Assembly: GCF_008831285.2 (NCBI RefSeq)
Contig: NC_045138.2
Location: 37,572,001 to 37,636,000 of the forward strand
DNA: 64,000 bases
DNA from: Nymphaea colorata
Taxonomy: Eukaryota
Direction: 5' to 3'
Part shown: positions 36,829 to 51,391 of the stretch, piece after piece
Numbering within the stretch: position 1 is the first letter of the stretch
How the letters are laid out: every line of letters begins with the position of its first letter
The notes under the pieces: model-generated
Told to the model about the DNA's origin: nothing
Databases searched by the model: none
The model's input: only the letters and a program-made list of their open reading frames with translations
Made by a program: the position numbers and the translations under genes

Positions 36829-39800
36829 AGTTCTCTTTTCCGACGTCTTCCTCAAAGGAAATTTAGGTCCTCAGAGGGAGAGAAAGAGAGGGGCGATGGT
36901 TAAAGTGAGAGAATAAAGGGGGATGGGAGAGAGAGATAGCTAGATGTGGTATGGAAAGAGTAGACGAGAGTGAGAGAGACGGAAGAAAATTTAAAAAAGG
37001 CAAAGAGAGAGAGAGAGAGGGAGAGGAAAACGATGACAATGAATATTAATTCCGTGCATATTTTATTGCCAAGAAACTGGTGGGAGAGTGAGATAAAAAG
37101 GCTGAACAAGCGCCAGATGCCTTTTCTCCCTTTCTGTTTTCCCGCGCTCCCTCTCTCTCATCCCACCATAACTCATTTTCTCTCCGTCTCCGTCTCTCTC
37201 TCTCTCTCCATTTATGGGTCAGAAAGGGACACATGAGTGAGAGAATGCGTCATGGCATCACTATTACCTCACGGAAGAGGACAGAAATGACCCTTCTGTG
37301 ATCTCCACGGACTCACCTATCCTTTTCTTCCCTCCCGTTAATTATGTTCCTTGCTTTCACTGTTCATCAATGGCGTCCTGTAATCTGGCGTTTCGAAAAA
37401 CGAAAACCTCCAAGTCCAAGATCGAGCCGCACAATGACGGATCGACCCTTCATTTTGATTCCTTCTCCTCCCTGACTTAGCCAACCCCCAACAGAACAAA
37501 ATCAAAGCCAGAGGTGGAGATTGTGCTCCTTTAAAAAAGTCTACTCAGTCAAAGTAAACATTTTCTTAAGACGCTACCTCCCAATCTAGTGAAGAATATT
37601 TTAATCCGCGTTCTTTAACCATCCGTAGCGGTCTCCCCGCAGATTTTTCTAATCACATTCCATCTTGTTCTTATTCCACGCAGAATCGTGAACATGTGTC
37701 TCCGCCCATCTTCTTAACTAATAAAAACTCTGCTCGGCGACAGATCCTGTTTTATTGACTTCTTATGAGATTACGAAGCACCGCCCAAGATCCATCGATC
37801 GCGTTTTAATAACAGGAGGAGGAGGAAAGGAAAAAGGGGAAAAATATTTAAGATGGCACTTGTACAGTTGAAAATCACCGCCATCATTTCCCTTTTGCGC
37901 AGTCTGTACACGACCCACTTTCCCTACTGTAAGCGCTTGTTTGGCCCTTTCTTGCTTACCATCTGTCATTAGCAAGAAACCAAGGAAGACACTGTTGGAA
38001 ACCAGGAGGAGAGAGATGGCGATGATGATGATTGATGAGCATGGTCGTCCAAAGAGGCACATGCATGGCGCATCATGAATGGCACCATGTAAAGGCGATG
38101 TGGACGTGCTCTCCGGTAGCGTGGGCCGGGCCCCGCAATTTCCTGACGCCTGTCTCGTCGACAACGACATGAATCGAGCCCCCCCAGAAATCAAAAGGCA
38201 AACGGCATATTTCTTTATTGTTTTCAATGCCCCCGCACTTAAGTTTTTTAATGTTGTTTATTCTGCCTTCCCCAACTCAAACATGGCTCCCCACCATCGT
38301 TTTATCTCTCTCTCTACTTTCTCGCCATTTTCCATTCCCTAGACAGGTGATCCAGACCAACCACCGACTCTGTTCACCGTCACAGTTTCCCGCCTCGGAG
38401 CATGGGAGCCAGGTTACGAACATAACGATCATGATCACCGTCATCATGTTCATCTGATGTTCCCGATCAGATCCTGTTTCTAATTTCATGACTGACTGTT
38501 GCTGTGTGCCATGCTCCCTAAACTAACAGATCTTTTTTCACCCCCGATGAGTAAAAGCCAGAGGGTTTATTTGTTTTTCCCTCCCTTTCTTTCCGATGTT
38601 TATGGTGAACAGGAACAGAAGCAAAGAAGGGTGTACGTACTTGAGTGGGATTTTGAATTCAAGTTGTAAAGAAAAAAGAGAGCAGAGGTACAAGTGTTCT
38701 TCAAATGGATGATACGTTTTGAAAAAGACTTATTGTACAGCCTGACATATTTTACCTTGGCCTCCATGTTGTGTCAATAACCTTATTGACCGGTTTTATG
38801 CATAGTTTACAGAACATTGACGTGATGGTAGCGGCAATGTACTTGGGCCATTGAAGAGAATCCTGGCTTTTATGGTTTCTTTTACTTCTATCAGTGCTTT
38901 CTGTTCCCTGTCACGCGCTAGTGTAGTGTGGAAAGGGTCAATAGGGTGCAGAATACTCGGAAAAATCTTGGAACATTAGAATTTAATGGAAGTCTGTTGT
39001 AAGTCAAGAATGAAACAATGGAATTTCTTTTCTACGGAGAAAAATATGGAAGAATCGAAACGGGGTTCTTCCCGTCTTGTCACTTCTTGTACCTATATCG
39101 AAGAGCATGTATCTTGACGACAAAACAATGTTGGCCTTTTCCTTTTAGAGGTAAAAACTGGAAGACCTTACTTTTAACACTGGTAAATAGAGGTTTGGTA
39201 GATCTTTTACCGGCTTATGCCAAAGGGCGACACATTAAACACAAAAGGACTAACCCAGAAAAGATCTTTATCCCCTAGATAACTTTTAGAATATTTGGAA
39301 GAAAAGAAAAAAAACAAAAGAAGACCCAAGGCAGATTTTTGCTTTCTGTCATTCTAAAAGATTTAATCCCCTAAAAAAGCAAGCGTGAGGGGAGAATGAA
39401 AACCACCACTTCCGAAAAAGTTGGACATAATGTTGGTGACGTGAAAGTGGCGCATGATTACTAGTAAATTTGCTTTTTTATGTGCTTTTTCGAGATCTTT
39501 CAAGTAATTTCTTGGCAAATTGTCAGTAAGTTCTTACATAAGATGACCGGTACAACCTCGACAGTACTCTTGGCTTCACCTAGATGGCTCTCTCACAGCT
39601 TCACTTCACGTACTTTGAAATTCCCTCGATCTTGAGTTCTTGATGTCGATCGATGGTGATAAACCGGCTCTCCGACAATGAAGCCAAACTAGGTAAAGAA
39701 ATATTGGTTTCAAATTTTCCTGCTTACAGATAGATCATTTAAACACATGAGAAGTCAGGTCCAGTTCCGATTCAGTACAGTGAACGGTGACAAAAGTTAG

Positions 39801-42800
39801 CTAGAACCAGAGCACCCTAGCTAGCTAATTGCCATCATGGGGTGGTCAACTTTGTGATCTCGCAAGAATCATAATCATCCTGCTTCTCAAGACAGACGAC
39901 CGATCCACTTGTGTTGAAGAAAAAGAATATAATTAAAAAATGTTTGTTTTTACATAGATCATGGAGATGTTGAGAGAATTTACAGGTATAGACTATAGAG
40001 TAGTAGCACTGTGGGGTCGCCATGTTTCTCAGTTTGAGACTACAGGGTGGGGCCAAGAAAGATTTTGATGGAGATGGTGTCCTTGTCTTTAAAGAAAGTG
40101 AAAACCCGGTGACGCTTCACCTAACAGGAAAAAAGACAAAAGCTTGGGGATGAAGGAAAAAGACTGAAAAAAACTCAGAAGAAAACGTGGGCAGTTGCGC
40201 AAGATTGCCAAGGGAAGGGGAGAAAGCTGCCTCTCTGTACTCAAACTCTTGCCTAACCAACAGTCGCTAAGATCTTTTTCTTGGCTGCCAAATTTAAACA
40301 AGTAGAGGCAACAAGTAGAAGCCAAAGTGTTTATATAAACCTATAGGAAAGTGAGGACGAATGAACTGCAAAGGGAATCTTCTTTGCACTGGAGATTTTC
40401 TCTAACGAAGAGGAGCTAATTTAAGATAACTTTTTGCTGCCAAACTTAAACAAAAGATGAAGTGCAGCTGCTGAAAGTATGTATCTGGATCATGATTCAT
40501 GCATTTTTTTTCATACCCCTAGCAGGATTCAACATGAATCTGACAGTTTTTCGCCTATACCACGAAAGAAATTCGTCATGAGAATGTGAGTTACGGGCCA
40601 TAAAAATTTCATCATCAGTTATAGAACAAAGGTGGCCATCGTTGTTAGATCCTCAAGAAACGATAAATCGGCAGAGGGAGTAGCTTGCTTCGTCTTCCTC
40701 TTCCTCTTCGACGCAGAAAAGGTAATTAGCACTCTGATGAACTCTCTTAGACTTCTAAAAGAAAACTAACATTTGGGTCCGCCACCGCTTAATTTTGCAA
40801 TTAAGCTGAAAGATGCTTCAGTGTCACAGAGAAGTTCTTCTTTGCGTGATGCTGAACACTGAATTCTAGAGGGGAGAAACTCTGATCCGTTGGAATCAGT
40901 ATGCGTTGGAGTTTCTTCATTTATTGAGAGAACCGTATAAACTTAAACGCAATTCTTTCAATCACAAATGAACGGATAGACGTGTTAAAGGGTTTGCGGT
41001 GGAAACTATATGCCTAAGCAGTTTTTAATCTTTTTTAACAAGGCACTTTAATGTCAATATAATTGCGCCACATTTATCATATCTTCCGTTAGAAAAGATG
41101 CAACATTTAATAGCTAAAAAATGCTAAACTGATTGGATGATCCTTGGTTGCTAGCAGATGAATATATGCCTCCCGTTGAAATTAAGCAGAAACAGGAATA
41201 TCTGTGGAGTTCACTTCAGTACAGTATCAGAAACTTAACTCATTACACTACGTAGTTATGTTGGTCAACGTGAAAAGATTACTGCCAACATAATGTCTAT
41301 TACGTGGGGTTTAAGCCTTAAATTGCATAGGGATCATTAGTTGAATGCACTTAAACTGTCAAATGAAAGTAAACCATTTAAGCCTTCCTTGCTTTTCCTG
41401 AGTGGGATTAAAAGTTAAAGATTCGTGAACAACTATAGACTTAGTAGGATGGTACATGTAGGAGCCCTACAAGTTTAAAGAAGAGATTAGATGCAATCGC
41501 CTAAATATTCCCTCTCTAGTCACATGATCTCGAAGCAGGTGGAAACGAAACGGCAAAACTCAAATCAAAAGTCAGTCAGTTCAGCTCTCTCTCTCTAAGC
41601 AAAAAACCAAGACAAACGTATCGCCGCAATATCACGTTACAGTAAAAAATCAAGTTTTAAACACCTCTTAACTTGCAGGAATCGTTTTATGTGCTCAAGT
41701 TTTGTGCCTCAAGATCCTCCTTCGTTTCTTCTTGGACATGTTGCAATATGTATTATTATGCAGTATTTATGGAAATATGCTTCATTATCACATTTCAGAA
41801 GTTATATTATCAAGATCGCACACGTATAGGCGCAACCTTCGGTACTGGATGGTAGTGAAAATAATAAGATATCTAGTTCGGATGGAACTGATGAATTTCC
41901 AAGCTGGTAATGAATAATATTGCTTTCACTTTTAAGGGAAGTTTTCCGAAAGAAACTATTGTTACAAAAGTCAAGTCTTGAGCTTTCTACTATACCGCGT
42001 ATCTGGATGACTAAACATGACATGATAAATATGCATCTCTTTATGTATACATATACTCTCTTTGTTCTGCATCAAGGATTACAAAACGGCATGCATAATT
42101 CTCATATGTGATTATGGTTGGTGATCATTGAATATGTTGGAGCATATGCTGTGGATGTGAAAAGTATCAACGAAATTTCATAGTCATTTGGTCTACTCTG
42201 TACGTATAAAGAACATAAGCCAGATGACCGACTGGGGAGACCTAACATGTAAAAGATCTAGGAGTGGCTGGACAGATTTGGGTTCCTATATATCCACTCA
42301 TGTGGTGCTTCATTATACTATTCATGTAAGATCCATCCGTCTAGACATAATTATCTTCATCCCATGCTTTGAAAAGAAGCTTGTAAAGTTTGGAAAGGTT
42401 TGACGCTTCTTGTGAACACCAAGGTTTTCAGCAAAGAGGGGAAAAAGTTCCAACTTTCGTTGCATTCTGTGAACTTCCATTCCATGAAAAATTTGGCAAT
42501 AATTAGTCAAAAGAATGAAGAGAAGTAGATAGGAAAAATTTAAGCTCGAAAGGATCGAACGAATTATCGCTGCTAGTGATGTTAAGCACGGCCAGCTGCG
42601 CCGATCCAGAGGCAAAATATACATGGTAGAATTTGGCCTCTTTCATGATGTCATAGAGCTTGAACTTAATCTGACAAGGGAAAAAAAAAGGAATTCATAA
42701 ATAGACCATATAAAGTTCGTACAAAATAAACGCATCAGATGATAATTTTTGTCATATCGAAACAATGAGTTAATGCAAACGCAATCCTCAATTTAATGAA

Positions 42801-45339
42801 CGGATACTATATTTCCGTCAAAAATGGCGCTTCTCATGCATGATGATAAAGAATCTAGATGAACTTCATGACGCCAAGATCGGAGATGCAAGGTATCTAC
42901 AGTAACTAATAGGGTTAACTGGCAAATGATAATTGATTATTCCCGGTTGAAAGATGAACATTTATGCCCAGGAGCTGAAGAGCTATTAGTTATATTTTTT
43001 TGTTGCTAAAGATCATGACAAGCATTGTAGTACAACATGCACAGTATTGATCCCATAGCCGGCAAAGCTTAACACCATTCTTTGTTGACAAACTGAGAGC
43101 ATGTTTATGTTTGTGGAACACCACATGCAAACACAGACCCAATCAGGTTAATTATTTTGTGCTCAGGAACATGAATTAAACATCCTGATCTTAAGGATTG
43201 GACATTAGCGTGGACGGGACACCGGTCCAGAGCTTCAGGCAAAATCAACTGCCGTGGCCAGCTAGCCTGACCCCGGTAAAGTCCAAATAGTCCAAGTTGG
43301 GGCTGAGCCTCATAATATATGATTGGACAGAGTCGTACTATGGCCTAACCATTTTGGGGATATCGGTAACTCGATATTCACCCCGAATTTTTACTGTCTA
43401 ATAATGGGGAGGCCCACCCTGCTCGTCAATTATATATACATGCTGCTTCTAAGAATTTTCTGGACAATGGGAGCAATTTGAATGCTACAGCAAAGAGCTC
43501 AACGCTCACAGAGATTTGCTTCAGATCATGAACTATACAGTATTACTTACATTCATAATCAAATAATCCTTCTTTCCTCTTGGAAATTCGACCCGATGCT
43601 TGAACTCAATTGCCATTTTATGATAGTTTGTGTGTGTTTCTTGCCATTGTTTTCCACAGAGTATTAACAATCTTCCCGCAGGTATGTATGCGGTTGTATG
43701 CCTTTTAGATCAAACAAAGGTGATCCCCATCACCAGAGTTTGATTGGTGTTACCAAATAAATTGTTTGTCGTGTACGTAAGTTCATACTTCTTCACAAAC
43801 GAGAGTCTTACAGCCATGGAGGATGGCGATTTCCCTTAACAAAATTAGTTTTATTTGTTGGTTATTTCAAATAAAATGTGGTTGTTGTTTATAGTAAGGT
43901 GACTAATAATCCTAAAGGTTATTGCATCCTGATAACGAGGTAGATGTTCTACACTTCTACTGCTACGGCCATCTTTTGAGTTTGTGCATGATCTGTACAT
44001 GATGTTTGAGCAGAATCACGGAGAAATCATCTAAACTTCCCCGATGACTTGACTGGTTCGAATTTTCTAATTAACGGAAACAATTTATTTTTGCGCCGTC
44101 TTATAGAGGGAGTACTCTTGAGAATATTGTTAATGTGAAGATTATTATATATGTTCATGTTTGATTAGTTGCTTATATTGTTCAGCAGCGATCTTGCTCA
44201 TCTTATTCGTCTGATATCAACACGAATACTGGATGAAAAAACCTACTTCTGAAGAGGGAAGCTTTGATTCTTAGTCCATTGTGGAACAACTTTTGGGTCT
44301 AATTTAAAATAAGGAGCACTTTTCGTTCTTCTACATAGCTAAAAAATGACCACCTAATTCACTCGCGATTGGGGCAATTCGCTGCCAAGCTTCAGGAAAA
44401 ATGCTCAGCGCATAATAAGTTTAATACGTCTAATCAGTACAAATTAAGCCTACATATATATGTGTGTGTTATATTTTATATACATAAGCGTTCGTCATGA
44501 TTTATTTGATAAGGATGATGGATGTTGTTTAGGTATTAAAGAATTACTGGACTTCAATGCTAAATACTGTAAGGTCACTCCTTTTTCAAATATTAATGCT
44601 CATATATCTATGCTAGCTAGAGTTATGTCATCTCAACTTGTTTTCACTAAAGTTCATGTATGTAACATATTTGTAAGTTCTTATAAATGAACATGTTTAT
44701 TACATGCAAAGAAACAAATTAAAAAGCTGTGCTTAGAGCAACCTACCTATCATTAATTATACATACACACGTATACGTATTAATGCAAAATTTTTAGCAA
44801 AAATAATTTATTTTGCGATGTTTATAGCACTCAGCATGTTTAATGACGGACTGCATGCTGCTTTCTAAATTTTGGACCACGTATAGCTTTGATAAAAATT
44901 TGAAGACCAATATCCTAGAAATTTCAAACCTAGAAAAGCTGGGTGCATGAAATCATGCAGGCATGCAGTTCTCAAGAGTCATATATTTTAATTTTAAACA
45001 CCATGAGATTATGTGAATCGTCCCTTTCAAAGAAACTAGGTGAGTGATGCACGTGCACTACCACTTGGGGAGTGCATACTTGCATAAATTAATGAGCCGA
45101 ATCCTTGCTAATTATTTTTTTATTATAATATTAATGTACCGTAGTCTTCCTTTGTAGGGAACATAAAATGCTAGCAAATCATGCAACTTTGACGAGTCAT
45201 ATTTGTGGGGTTATATCGATAAGTAGGCATCGGCTCGTATCAGCCTCAAAAGTAATTGAGAAAGAAAAATAAGTTATTTTAATGTAGCTTTTCTAGTATA
45301 GGGCGTCTCAGCCAATATGGCCCGTTTCAATTGCCTCAT

Positions 45340-45688
45340 ATATCAGCAGTTTTTTTGGAGAAAGGAACAGTGTCGGCCCTCAATATCACGTTGGCAGCTA
45401 CGTCACATGGATGTTGGTATGGGTATCGACATGGGTATGAAATACATATATAATATATGTATATATGTGTGTAAAATTTCAAAAAAAAAAAAAATGCATA
45501 ATTCTGCAAGAAATAAGGAAAACACCACAAAAAATATACAACATTCTACAAAAACAAGTGAAATTATACAAGACCCTACTAAAAAAATACTCAAAAATCA
45601 AAATTGTCGTGTTCAAGTGTGTCGTCGTACCCATATCGTGTATGGACGCAGGTACGGCAGCCGTCTAGCCGTGTTTGTATTACTTAGA
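45340..45688. mobile_element. Probable non-autonomous DNA-transposon (MITE) remnant with CGTGTC/CGTACC subrepeats
   Basis: GTGTCG/CGACA/CGTACC-rich ends around an A-rich core, terminating GCCGTGTTTGTATTACTTAG. Similar ends at ~31035-31100 and ~32520-32590. Confidence 0.4.
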
Positions 45689-48600
45689 TGAGCAGGTTGC
45701 GGATTTGATGCGTATGAACCAACGGGCAGCTGATAAGCAAGGAGATTGACAACAATAAACTCCACATTGCCCATTAGGATGGCTTACATAGTTTGGTTTT
45801 CCAGGATCATGATGATCAGGCCCTATCTTATCGTTTATGCTCAGCAAATAAATTCCATCAAAGTAAATTTCATGATGTGGGTGAACATATTATAAATTCA
45901 CAGTAACTTCATTTGATATATAAGGATAGTACTAATGTTAAGAGCTAGCTCAGTGTACTTGGGTAGGTGGGTCAGCCACAAATTAAGCGACGGTCAATAG
46001 CTCTATACCTTGGATAGTCCAAGTGCATAATCTGACAAGTCTCTGATTAGCCCTATAACTTTTGGAAAATAAAAAAAAGTGATGATAAACAACAATGAAC
46101 TATGATAAAATACGATTCATTAGATATAGAACAACTTTATAATGATAAAAGGAGAAAGAAGAAAAAAAAGGCTGACATAAGTACCTTTAGAGTGGGAAGA
46201 AGTTAATTTATCTGATGTACGTATCTGTCGCCTAGAAGTAGAGAGAAGGGTATATATTTCACCATATTGTAGTAAAAAAAGTTTATTTACTGGGAGCTGA
46301 ACTTACGCTAAGCAGCCCTCATATGGGTAATCTACTGCACTGGAAATCGAAAGCAGTCGTTCGAGAACAATTTGCTGGTTTGGATGCTCGAAGAGATGGA
46401 ACAAGCTGCTTCCACCATTTTCTCCAAGACATCGGCAAGATTAATATTGGAAGTCATCACTCTTCATCTAGCAAGATGCTAGCAAGCACCATCTGTTGCA
46501 TGGAGGTTAGTTGGTCCTCGTGGGGAGTCAGGAGGGAACACCTTGTTCAGTTTAAGGTCGACTGGGTATTGATCCTCTCTCTCAGTCTCCCTCTCTCCAT
46601 CCTTTTTACGTCCTTGCAGTTGCAGACTCATCGATCGGGGAGAGTTTGAAGATAACAGTACTCGCGAGATCTGGAAAGCATGAGTTGCTCTTTAAAATCA
46701 TTTCCGTCCTGAGCATGCCTTCCACAACTTCCATGAAGCTTTTACAAGAGCGAAGGATAATAGTCGGCGCTCAATTACAAGAAAATAAACAAATAAGGCC
46801 CTCATTGAGGTGGAAAGTAAATAAGCAATATTTCAGAGAAACGCAACTACAAATGCTGAGGGTTTTTGGTAGATTAACTCGAGGGCTAAGTTAACCATCG
46901 CGATTCATCTTCTACTAAGTAAATATCGTAAAAGGTGATTAAATGAAAGCGGAAAATGTAAGCAATGAACAAAGACAAAGGAAAAAATAGAACTGGCACA
47001 TATATATATATCATGCGCTCTTTCTTTCTCATTAATTTCCACGCAATCACCGAGCACATATTTTTACATTAAGAAGCTAACCTACAATGAAAATTCATTA
47101 AGCTTGTGAAGAATATGATTGAAAATATTAAATGGTTGCATTTGATTTTATAGGATACTTCCTCGAGTTGAACAGTGAAAAAAAAACATTAAATTTTAAA
47201 CATGACCAACTATTCCAAAACCAAAATTAGAAAAAATCTGGATTCCTTGTGTAACGACGACATCCCAGGATCAAGTAAAAAATTGTTGCATTCGATATAC
47301 GACCAAAAATAGTTGAGAACTTACTTCAACATGCACTTAGCAAGAAACTAAATTGTTATCGCGCTTTTTCATAGAAAGGGTTATGAAATTGTTGTAATTT
47401 CATAGGTGGACCACCCATCTTGCATGCCCAAATTAAATGTCAAAGCAATGATCATAAGAGTTGTAAGTTGTTTGGTAACTCCATTGATTACTCACATTTA
47501 ATATGCGAGCCTACTTTAAATTTGAGAGCAAGTCGTCAATAATGTGTTTGAAAAATAAGTTTATACGTCTTGTTTTATAAACCATCGGTCAAGAATCAAT
47601 AATTTCTATAAATCATGTTGTTTTTATGGAAAATATTGATTGTTCTACTGTCAAAATGTTGATGAAGAACCGTTTATTTTTTATTACTTATAAAAGATGT
47701 TATATTGATGATGTTACAAAAATGCATGGTGACTGGTTCTACATATGATTAAGTGCATAACTCGACCCTTGGCTATGGAATGCTAGGCACTTCATAAAAG
47801 CCATTAATCCGGAAGCCAGAACCTTGGTGCTTCTCCCTGTCTTGTTGTCAAAATGAGATTTCCAGTATCGAAGGAAACCACGCATTTTTTAATTACACTG
47901 ATTAATCAGTTCTGGAAAACACGCTTTCCATGCAATTGATCTTTGAATATTTCCCTTATTTGGCTTTTATTAACATTTTTAACGGTTTTTTCTTGTGTTA
48001 TTTCGGCGGCCGCATTTTAGATTCACTATTGTATTTATGCCTTGAATCTATGAACAGCACTGAATCTATGAACAGCACTATGGCATTTCTCTTCGCCTCA
48101 CCAATATTGAATCTTATTTCGATCATTTCTCGTTTTCCCATGGTTAATTTTCTACAAATTTCCCTTCACTTTTAAACTCTTTGGATCCTAAATGGCTTCA
48201 TGATTTCGTTTCATATCCCGAGGGTTCCATCCATTTAATGGATCAACGCTTCGCCTTTCTTGTCTTGAAAGGGAATGTCGTTGGCGTGGTTATATATGTG
48301 CATGATGCCGTGTAACGTCGATGAATGAATGCTCCTCCCTGGAATCTTGAGCCAACGATGCATGGATCAACGGATCTCCACATGATTTCATCCTCTCTCT
48401 GTGTCTCCCCCTTGCCCAAGATGATTTAATGCGTGGATCTGTGGGAGTCTGCCGCGGATCTTCACGTGTGTATCGTTCCCAAAAAGTTGTACCGACCGCC
48501 ATGTATTTGAAGCAATTAATGGTCATCGTCTGCTGTCCAATGGTCCGAAAGTTTCTCCACCTGAAAATGGTGATCGGTTTTCTGGCATTTGTGCCGACCG

Positions 48601-51143
48601 CTAGCTTCATCGTCAGCGGCGAGTTTCCGGCTGAGTTTGATGCCAAAGGATTACCTCTCAAGCGATGAAAGAAAAAGCTCACGAGGAAGAGTGTTTGGTT
48701 GCCGGAAAAATCCTTTCAACTGCATAAATCTAAAGGAATTTCTGGATTTTTTTAGTGTTTGGAGTCGCTTTTTAGATTTCAAATAGTATTTGTCGAGCAT
48801 GGAAATGAAGTTTGATGGGCATTCCATCTTATAAGGAGTTGCATCATTTGTAACATTGTTTTGCCAAACGGCTACCAAATCTGGGATGCTGTTGAAATGT
48901 ATATCGCTTAGAAAGATTCATTTCCCTGGTAGAGTACCTCCCTCTTCAATTCGAAGAACATATTAACTAAGTTAAGCCAGTAAAAACGGGAACCAACGAT
49001 GTATACTTTCAAGATATCATGATAATCTTGTTAAAAGCCATTGAAACGACTAAAAGAGAAACTTTATACCATCAATATAAAAGTATATGCTGATCATACT
49101 CTCATGATAACATTTTTTTTTTTACTTTTTAATAACTGTTAGAATTAGAAAATTAATCGAATTTTCTATATATGTTTAGCGAGCAACTTTACTATAGAAG
49201 TTTATTTAAAACATCAAGTTTTAAACTTCTTTAGTAGCAAATTTAAATGTCATTATCTTTTCCCATGAAAGAAGCAAGTGCTGATGTACATTTCTTTGTT
49301 TCAGACTACCTTTTACCAGAATTCTAAGTACCTCTTTAATTGTTTAGTACGTACATAAGTCAAATTACTTTAACATATATAAGACAAAATAACTATCTGC
49401 ATGCACTTTGTCAATATATTTACCTTCGTATGCCCTCGCTTGATTTTAGTAAAAGCTTGAGACGTTTCACCTTTAATCTTCTTTGTTCACATTAAAATCA
49501 TTATATGGTCAACTTCTAGTTTGCAGCATTCATTCTAAGAAAACATTCAAAAGAGGTAAATTAATCCTATTATGATATTTTCTAACATTTCCCAAACGGA
49601 TTGATATTTAAACAAAAAAAAATTTAAATTTTATTTACAAATAGTACCCAAAAAAGAAATGTTTGGTTCACCCACTTTGTTGTAAGTAAAGAGGCAACTA
49701 TAACTATGGAAGCCGCCTTCTCGTATATAATAATCTTAGTAATCAATTTTTCTAAGATCATGGTTGAAGAAAAAGAAAAGACAAAAAGGAGATTGGGTAT
49801 TTAAGTTATCTAACATTAATTAACCATTTTAATTTTTTATTTACTTTTCTCTCAACAAAACAATCTATCTTAGAAAGAGATGATTCCTTGCGGGTTTAGG
49901 TGCTCTAGAATCTAAGATACTGCTACCTACCAATTTATCGATATTTATGTATCTATATTAACTAGCATGATAGAGAAGGTAATGGCGTCTCAAAGATACA
50001 GATAGAACCTGACACGCGATGAAGAAGCAAAATTTTGGGAGTCTTTTGAAAGGCAGCGAGCAACATTGGAGATTTTTGCTTTAAATTGAAAAAGAAAAAA
50101 ACCCAGATTGGATATATATCACCAAAAAAAGACGCTCATTGAAATGTGAACGAGCATCCACAAGGCTTCTGATAAATCACAAGCTTAGCTGTAGGCTGTG
50201 AATTAAATTGGAAAAAAACTCAAAGATTTTGTCGAGAACTAAGTTCTGGGGCAGACAGATACCGTGAATTGTTCCTATTCATTTGTTACACTAATTCAGA
50301 GATTTTGCCTTGGGGTTTTTCTCCTTACGTATGCATGAGAGGCAGATACCTTTCTTAAAAATTGAATGCATGCCTCTGAAAAACTCAAAACGGTTATTTG
50401 GTTTCAGTGAGAATCCAATACCACATTACAAGCAATCTGCACCATTAATAACATGAAGCAGCAGGTGCAGGGGCAGACAGCAACCCATGACCTTCCTTAT
50501 TCGTCTTTTACACTAATTAAGAGGTTTTTCTTCACAATTCTTATGCAGATGGCATCTTCTCCAAACCATTTGATTGGACTCAAAGCAAGTACGTTTCCAA
50601 CCATGTCAGGCTATCCAATTAGTAGCTAACCAGCTTCTAATTGTACCATGTTAGTAGCAACTTGCACCATTGATGAGCATCTCTGGCTCCCTCTCCCTGT
50701 CTGGCGCATAAATTAAAAGGAGAGAAGAGGGAAGGAGGAAACAAAGGATGAAGTGCTCCTCCTCCTGCTCCCAGTCACAATTAAACTCCCAGTCACAATT
50801 AAAAGTGCTGCTTCTCTTCGATCTCTTTCCTCCTCTAGAGGATAGACAGCGACCATTTAGAAACCTTTTCTTTCCTTCCTTCTTTTCCGGTTTTAATTAG
50901 CGGGGATGAGGTTTTTGTTAGGATATAATACCCAGTTTAATGAATGGAAAAAGAAGTGTAACAGTTTTGGGTGAAGTTAATTACTGCTTGAGTGAAAACG
51001 GAAGCATTCCTCCTTCTCAAGAGTGGAGTTAGAAATTTTTTGTTTCAAGGGCCGAACTATAATTTCAATTTTTTAACAAGGATGACAATTTTTAACAAGG
51101 ATGACATATGATTTTTAATTTTTCTTTTCTAAAAGTATGAGAT

Positions 51144-51147
<4 letters not shown>

Positions 51148-51200
<53 letters not shown>
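51148..51200. repeat. Compound (AT)n(AG)n microsatellite
   Basis: Read directly from the sequence; lies in the putative 5'-leader intron of the TPS1 pseudogene (acceptor TTGCAG at 51368). Confidence 0.9.
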
Positions 51201-51391
51201 TATTGCTTGTATCATTTACATCTAGTGGTGACATTTGAAAAAATCATATACATCAACAATAAGATAGGAAGGATGTTTCGCAGACATAAGATAAAACTGG
51301 AGCAGTAGAAAGAAGAGAAGAAATATGCATGTGAATGAAAGCAGGAGTCTAATACATACATATTGCAGGAACTTGCTAAAGATTTGCGGGT

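Noticed and set aside
46323..46894. Adjacent short ORFs
   Set aside because: No homology recognised in any frame.
48290..48682. 130-aa and 79-aa ORFs on opposite strands
   Set aside because: No recognisable domain; cannot be supported without a search.
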